16,549 nt of DNA, taken from the NCBI GenBank assembly GCA_024626585.2, contig JANKJI020000004.1, positions 87,471,018 through 87,487,566 of the forward strand, in the 5' to 3' direction. Each line of letters opens with the position of its first letter. Position 1 is the first letter of the stretch. The position numbers and the translations under genes were made by a program. The notes under the pieces were generated by a model. The model worked only from the letters and a program-made list of their open reading frames with translations, was not told where the DNA came from and did no database searches. The stretch comes from Ginkgo biloba. Its lineage: Eukaryota; Plantae; Ginkgophyta. Of this stretch, positions 10,133-16,549 are shown one piece after another.

Positions 10133-10336
10133 CCTTGAATTGTATATCATTCATCTTCATCCTTTTACTCTCGCTCCTCATTCGCTTTCTGAATTTGTTG
10201 ATGAAATCGTTGGCTTCCTTGTTGATCTCCTCGGGAGGAATTATATTTGAGCGAGTGATCCGTTTCGGATCCCAACAATCAAGATTTCTGTCCATTTTTC
10301 GTGAAGTCCCAACTTGCGGTAGAAATTTGGAGAAAA
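10133..10336 (-). pseudogene. Foreign gene fragment inside the 3' LTR, resembling a DUF761 (cotton fibre-expressed protein-like) motif
   Basis: MDRNLDCWDPKRITRSNIIPPEEINKEANDFINKFRKRMRSE resembles the DUF761 consensus [DE]-[IV]-D-x-x-A-[DE]-x-F-I-x-x-F-x-x-x-[LM]-R. ATG at 10295 is in a gaaaaATGG context. The segment is absent from the other LTR and flanked by a 41-bp identical duplication. Confidence 0.55.
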
Positions 10337-10772
10337 GTAATCAGTTTTGAGTTGATNNNNNNNNNNNNNNNNNNNNNNNNNNNNNNNNNNNNNNNNNNNN
10401 NNNNNNNNNNNNNNNNNNNNNNNNNNNNNNNNNNNNNNNNNNNNNNNNNNNNNNNNCTATACCTAACTGCCCCACTCAACTCTTCTATCAATCCTCTAGT
10501 TCTATCCTCTTTTGTGTTGCCTTAAATTTGACATGTACAATCCTTATTCCTCTCTATTTTAATCCTCACCTTCCTTCAACTACCTCATGGTTGATGTCTA
10601 CATTCTTTCTTTCTCTCTATTTTATTCCTTACTTTTCAAGCTTCCTCACAATTGACGATCTACTTGGTTCTCCTTCATCTTGACTTTATCTTCCAATGTG
10701 CTTCCTCATGGTCAAGGGTATGCACTATTATCTCCCCCTCCTATAGTATCATTTTGAATGAACACTTATATA

Positions 10773-10814
10773 GGATTTCAAATTATTCCTTGTGGATTTC
10801 AAATTATTCCTTGT
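10773..10814 (+). repeat. Perfect 21-bp tandem duplication within the LTR
   Basis: ggatttcaaattattccttgt occurs twice (10773-10793 and 10794-10814). Confidence 0.9.
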
Positions 10815-12301
10815 CACCAAATTCTCTCACTCGATGCTCTAGTTGGTGAGCTCCATTACTGATCACTTTTAATTCTCCTCTGGAACATAATAACCTTCCA
10901 TCTTCTCCTCCTTCTAGTCACTACTCCCTAAGAGATACAACTTGATCTCTTCCTTAAAAATGGTATGGTGCCTCCCTTGGCATTATATATGAGTCTTTAT
11001 CACTTCACTCCACTGTCAGGGAAGAGGATTCATCATAATTACTTCCCATACCTTAGGTATGGTTCCTTGTTGAGTTATCTTTGTTGTGGTATGACCCCTT
11101 GCATGTCATCCTTGTTGTCTTTTGACCTTTAGGGTATTCCAACACTCCATCTCCTCACGTAGTTCCTTACACCTTACTAAAAATCCCAAAACCCAAACTT
11201 TGAATATTGCCTCCAAAGTCTCTAGATATGAGGCTTTTCTTCACTAGGGATTACTTCTCCTTTTAGGTCCATAGGATGTAGAGAAGTCAAGCATCCACCT
11301 ATTCCTTCTCAATATTTGAACTTCTAAACTCTATTTTATNNNNNNNNNNNNNNNNNNNCATTCTATTTTTATTTTGAGTCCATAGGAACATAACTTCACT
11401 TGGTTCTTCCCAACCTCTAGTCACTTCTTCCTTCATAGCTTCGGACGTGAAGATTTTCTCAACTTGAATTTAATCTCCCTTAAAGTTTACACCCACTCCT
11501 TAGGGATTTTAAACATGGGATGACCTCTTATACCTTCCAAACCTCTGAATACCCAAATGCCTGATACTTGAGATTTTTTCTCTCCCCTTCCACTTGGCCT
11601 TNNNNNNNNNNNNNNNNNNNNNNNNNNNNNNATCGCCTGATCCTTTCCTGTTGTCATTACTTGGAGCTCAACACAAACCTTCTCTTCTTCCTATTTGTAA
11701 TCACTCCTTCTCCTTCTCCTCCCTACTTGTTATTAATTTTCTCTATTAGGTGTCATATCCCTTATCCACTATTGGATCTCACCTACCATTGCAGCTTATC
11801 GGTGCTCACCAAATCACCTCTACCATAATTGATTTTTCCAACATCCACCTCCTTTTGTCTTTATCTTCATGCACCTATTATGCGCTCCCTTGTTAGACAT
11901 ATTTATTCATTGCCACAAGACTATTGTCAATGGTCCTTCTATCATCAAAGTCATTTTTTGTTGCTCCTCTATCACTGTTAGATCCTACGACTTGATCTAT
12001 TATCATCTTGATGCACCTTCTATGCTCTTCATGGCCTTCAACTAACCCTTCTTCTCCATCATCATTAAGACCTCTCATTTTCTACCTCTATGTGCCTATA
12101 ATGCACCTTCCTTCTATCATCAATGCTATTGAATACCTTTCCCTTATCTTGGAGTTATCCCTTTTTCTCTACCATCTAACCACTATTGATTATCTCTCTT
12201 TTTTCCGTACCATCCTTGCTTCCTTAAAATGACCTATCAATATTCTTTATCTCCATCCCTACATTAACTCTACTAAAATAGTTGAGGATATGCGTGCATC
12301 A

Positions 12302-12311
12302 TTCTCCCTTT
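12302..12311 (-). promoter_or_regulatory. Polypurine tract (PPT)
   Basis: On the minus strand, AAAGGGAGAA lies immediately before the TGATG start of the 3' LTR. Confidence 0.8.
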
Positions 12312-12369
12312 ATTACAAAATTTTGTATGAGATACTACTCGTGCCTTTCAATCATTCCCTTGGTATTTT

Positions 12370-14008
12370 ATTTACTTGACTTTATTGGTTCTCTTTTCAC
12401 AATCCTAATGTCATCTTATGGAGGTAATATCCTTCCATGTCACCCAGTATTTTTTGTGGCTTCTTCCTAGCCTTTATTCCACTTCCTCATGCACTTGATC
12501 TGAATGCTCTACCAACACTTCTATCCTATCACCTCTACTCTTATTCAAGGGTACCTACCACACAACCATATGATTAGCCTCAATNNNNNNNNNNNNNNNN
12601 NNNNNNNGAGTTATATTTAGGTTGACCCTATCACTTGTAGCAACATCAAAAAAATATGCCTCCTTGAGGCTCTTTATAGTTTCCTCCTCTTCTACACCAT
12701 CACCTGATGGTACCTCACTCATCTCCTTTAGCTCATTTTTCGAACCTTCTATGTTCCATTCACCCAAATCCTTTGAGTCATTTGTCCAATCCCTTGGACA
12801 TTTTGCTACACTCTCTATAGGTAGTTCATCCATCTCCTCCAGATGTTTGTTCTCCTCCTCCTCCTCCTCATGGATCTTATCACCATATTTGTACACCCTC
12901 ACTTCCTTTAAGCATCCTCCCACTGATATTTCTCTTCTCTGACCTCCTATTGGTTCCTCCTTTCCTTCTAGTTCCACTATCATTAGTGCACCCTATTCTT
13001 AGTCATATTCTTCTTGATACTTTGTTAGTGTGGTCTCCTTTCAATGATACTCACTCTCATCCCTTGGATCTACCTACCAATTATTGTCATTTGCAACACA
13101 ACATACATATTCTTCAAGGATCCTTGATCCTTCTTCCTTCTCTTCCATACTAACCAATATCTCTAGGTTTTTTGCATTACTTGACTCATCAACACCTCCA
13201 AATAGATTCTGCTTCTTCTCTATGAGCCCTTTCGCATCCACTGCCTCCTTCTTAAGGCTCTTCTAATCTTCTTTTAATTTTGTACCATCCTTCATCGCCA
13301 TGCCATATTCTCACTTATCTTCGAGAGTGATCATTATCATATTATCTTCTTTATGTGGTATCTTCAAATGGTCAAGACCCCATATAGGACTACCAGAAAG
13401 ATACACCTCCTCTACACAATCCAAACACTCTTTCTTCACCACTTTAGTAGCTTCTTCTATTATCACCATAACCCCTCATCTTACATATCACCAACCATAA
13501 ATTTTAGATAGTTGAGGCCTAAATAACATAATTTCTTCATTTTTGATCGCACATATGGGACCTCCTTCTATGATGCCTTCTCAACGCATAATTTTTTTTC
13601 CTCCTCNNNNNNNNNNNNNNNNNNNNNNNNNNNNNNNNNCTCTTCAAACTCCTTTAAATATTCTCCTTCTTGTAGTTTGCATAGAACCACCTCTAGTTCT
13701 CCCTCCAAAACTTTCATTAGCACCTCACACAACACTCCCTCTGGATCATATCTCACTAGATCCTCTACATCCATAGGATTATCCCCAACTAATAAACCTA
13801 TCTTGGGTTCTATAGGAATTCTCTTAGCAGATTCCATAACTCTCTTCCTTTCTATCAACCTCTTCTATAGTCCTCTCAATAAGGATCTCATTCTCTCCAC
13901 TTGCTGGTGTCTTCAATCTTTTTCTTCTAGCTTTATGATTCTTTCCCTTAGGGCTCCCAACTCCCTATCTAATGCAACACTTTTATCTAGAACTAATATT
14001 GGTGCCAT
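12370..14008 (-). pseudogene. Decayed internal ORF of the LTR element: Glu/Lys-rich, coiled-coil N-terminus, chromodomain-like C-terminus
   Basis: From ATG 14008 it reads MAPILVLDKSVALDRELGALRERIIKLEEKD*.... One frame appears to hold from about 13500 to 12555. Near the end is RIEVLVEH...KKYWVTWK/(frameshift)LPP*DDIRIVKRE, resembling YLVKWKGLPxEDATW. No RT, RNase H or integrase motifs were seen. Confidence 0.55.
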
Positions 14009-14168
14009 CTTCACTTCCCTTATAGCCAATCCTTAGCTCTGTATGCAATTCTCACCTTTCTACAACCTTGTTCTCTCCTAAACACTTCTTAACTAGATCT
14101 TACACTGGATGACACTACCTCCACTAAATTCTTGGCTCTATAACACTTCTTCAATAATATTTCACTAA

Positions 14169-14179
14169 CTATAATACCA
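14169..14179 (-). promoter_or_regulatory. Primer binding site, tRNA-iMet type (degenerate)
   Basis: On the minus strand, TGGTATTATAG lies 2 nt after the 5' LTR end and matches TGGTATCAGAG at 9 of 11 positions. Confidence 0.75.
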
Positions 14180-14181
14180 GA

Positions 14182-16323
14182 TGATATAACATGGATCCTA
14201 AGTAAACCCAAAATATTCTCTAGTCATGGAATTAAATGTAAGTAGAATTACACATGTAGATCAAAGTTAATAGTAATCTCTTTTCATTAAAATCTAAATC
14301 GTTTATTATATTACATCATGGCCGACTAACCTTCCCATAGGATTATCTACATAGTCATCCCATAGATGGGGGTTACATCCAACACCCCACATAAAGGGTC
14401 TATAGTTATACATTACATGGTTCTCTCCTTAGGGAATCTCCACAAGATATACTCGACTGCCTTATTTGGCCCTTTTATCATTCCTCTAATTCTATCATCT
14501 TTTATGCTGCCTTATAGTCAGCGTATGCACTCTTTATTTCAATCCTCACATTCATAATTTATTGGTCTCTACCTCTTCTTGCCTCATAGTTAGCATCTTT
14601 ACTCCTTATTCCTCTTCATTTTAATCCTTTCCTTCTAGGATGCCTCACATTAATGATCTACTTGGTGTTCCTTCACCTTGGCACTATATTCTATTATGTT
14701 GCCTTATGGTTGGTGATCTATACTATTCTCTTCCCTACCATAGTCTCCTTTTGACTACATACTTATATGGGCNNNNNNNNNNNNNNNNNNNNNNAAATTC
14801 TTCCTTGACACTAAATTCTCTCACTTGATGCTCTAGTTGGTGAGCTCTATTACCGCTCACTTTTAATTCTCCTCATGACCCAGGATGGCCTTCCATCTTC
14901 TCCTCTTTCTCATCACTACTTCCCAAGAGATACACCTTGATCTCTTCCTTAAATGTGGTATGGTGCCTCTCTTATCATTATATGTGAGTCTCTATCACTT
15001 TACTTAATTTTAAGGGAGAGGGTTCATCGTAATTATTGCTCGTACCTTGGCACGATTCCTTGTTGAGTTGTCTCTATCATGGTATGACCCCTTATATGTC
15101 AGCCTTATTATCCTTCATCCTTTAGGGAATTCCAATGCTCCATCTCCTCGTGCAATACCTTGTTCCTTGCTAAAAATCCTAAAACCTAAACTTTGAACAT
15201 TGCCTCCAAAGTCTCTAGATTCATGACTTTTCTTCACTAGGGTTTACTTATCCTTTCAAGTCTATGGGATGTGGACAAGTCAAGCGTCCACCTCTTCCTC
15301 CTCAATATTTGAACTCCCAAAATTAATTTGCAATTGGGTGTAAGTCCTTTCACCAACTCTATTCTATTATGCTTTTGGATATGTGAGTATATCACTTTAT
15401 TTGGGTCTTCTTGACCTTCAGTTGCTTCTTCCTTCATTACTTTAGATGTGAAGCTTTCCTCAACTTGAATCTAATCTCCCTTCTATTATACACCCATTCC
15501 TTAGGGATTTTCAATGTAGAATATCCTATTATCCCTTCCAAACCTTTGAATACCTAAATGTATGGTACTAGAGATTTCTTCTCTATCCTTCTGCTTGGCT
15601 TCCACTTGACTCCTTTTTTGTCTATGTGGCCATCACTTAGCCCTTTTATCTGATCAATACTTGGCCCTTTCATCTTCTTACTACTTGGCCCTCAACACTA
15701 GCCTTATCTTCTTCCTCTTCTTAGTCACTCATTCTCCTTATCCTCCCTACCTATTGTTAGTTTCTCTATCGATTATTAGATCCCTTCTCCAATGTTGGCT
15801 CTAACATGCCACCTCATCTTATCAGTGCCCACCAGATCACCTCTATCACAATTAGTTTCTATGAACTCTACCTCCTTTAGTCTTCATCTTCATATACCTA
15901 TTGTTGCTCCCTCATTGCATGCATTTTTTTATTACTACTAGACCACTGTTAGTAGTCCTTATGCTGTTAGAGTTGGTTTTTATTGCTCCTCTATCATTGT
16001 TGTGTCCTTTAACTCAATCTCTTTACAACTCCATTCACCTTTGGTGATCTTCATACCCTTGACCCAACCCTTCTTCTCTTTCATCATTCGAACCTCTCAT
16101 CCGTTATATCTATATGCCTACAATATGCCTTCCTTCTATCATTGATGCTATTGGCCACCTTTTTCCTCTCTCAAAGATGTCTCCTTTGCTCTTCTATTTG
16201 ACCATTATTGGTGATCTCCCTTATGTCGGTGTCGACCTTGCTTTCTCAAAATGACCTATTGATCCTCCTTATCTCCTGCACTACGTCATCTTTGCTAAAA
16301 TGGTTGGGAATGCACAAGCATTA
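14182..16323 (-). repeat. 5' LTR (2142 bp)
   Basis: On the + strand it begins tgatataac and ends acaagcatta, each terminus one transition away from TGATG/CATCA. It is colinear with 9827-12301. Confidence 0.88.
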
Positions 16324-16549
16324 GAAGGAGATCTAGATAACATTTTTATCAAGGATTGATAGAGTGAAGGATAGATATATGGGATTATAATATAATAGAA
16401 AAATATATCCCATAGAATTTATATTGAAAGAAAAAAATATATAGAGGAAATTTCATGTTTTAGCTAATGAAAGAAGGAGGAACATTAGGCTATATGCTCT
16501 AGGAGACACATTATATGACATACCATATTAATGGAATGAAATATTAAAA
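16324..16549 (+). mobile_element. Continuation of the host gypsy element after the nested insertion (Gag-like frame)
   Basis: The rejoined frame reads TWKEI*ITFLSRIDRVKDRYMGL*YNRKIYPIEFILKEKNI*RKFHVLANERRRNIRLYALGDTLYDIPY*WNEILK. It contains the Gag TWxExxxxFLxR motif and a further Y-x-G-x-x-D-P-like unit. Confidence 0.7.

Larger units (their letters stand above)
9827..12301 (-). repeat. 3' LTR (2475 bp including an internal insertion)
   Basis: On the + strand it begins tgatgtaacccaaatcctagg and ends gcgtgcatca. It is colinear with 14182-16323, sharing for example ttcattaaaatc, gatgctctagttggtgagctc, cttgatctcttccttaaa, attgcctccaaagtctctagat and aaatgacctat. Confidence 0.88.
9827..16323 (-). 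mobile_element. Complete non-autonomous (pol-less) LTR retrotransposon, probably chromovirus-derived; 5-bp TSD GAAGA/GAAGG
   Basis: Two homologous long direct repeats with TGATG...CATCA termini, a PBS next to the right LTR and a PPT next to the left LTR. Flanks are gaaga (9822-9826) and gaagg (16324-16328). Removing the element and one TSD copy restores the host Gag-like frame (TWKEI*ITFLSR). Confidence 0.88.

Noticed and set aside
11893-12078. Short acidic minus-strand ORFs inside the LTRs (also 15237-15437)
   Set aside because: The homologous region of the other LTR contains stops, and purine bias explains the composition. An ancestral LTR-embedded ORF cannot be shown from two copies.
11568-14828. 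Numerous Ser/Leu/Pro/Phe-rich + strand ORFs
   Set aside because: They are antisense shadows of the purine-rich minus strand of the LTR element.
1-16549. CRISPR array, tRNA/rRNA genes or a prokaryotic defence system
   Set aside because: No regularly spaced repeats, structural RNA signatures or operon-like organisation were seen. The content is plant nuclear repeat DNA.

Overview
This is an AT-rich, gap-ridden (many N runs) plant nuclear window. The repeat families and long, highly diverged LTRs suggest a large gymnosperm-type genome (inference). The only cellular-gene-like sequence is a short, truncated PLS-class PPR ORF (639-1196), and the rest is a nest of decayed retroelements. (1) Two divergent LINE 3' fragments (about 3420-4786 and 5276-6805). 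Each carries an RNase H followed directly, through an overlapping ATGA stop/start, by an extra ORF with a shared LW[IL]SE motif and a coiled coil. The second fragment ends in a poly(A) tail. (2) An old + strand Ty3/gypsy-type element (Gag, two CCHC knuckles, aspartic protease) with additional Gag-capsid-like units downstream of the protease. (3) A complete, pol-less, minus-strand LTR element (9827-16323) inserted into that gypsy frame. It has 2.1-2.5 kb LTRs with TGATG...CATCA ends, a degenerate iMet PBS, a PPT, a 5-bp TSD, and one decayed Glu/Lys-rich ORF ending in a chromodomain-like motif. (4) A CpG-rich fragment resembling a DUF761 gene inside one LTR. The most novel candidate is the LINE 'ORF3' found in two divergent copies. 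All translations were done by hand and no database searches were possible.
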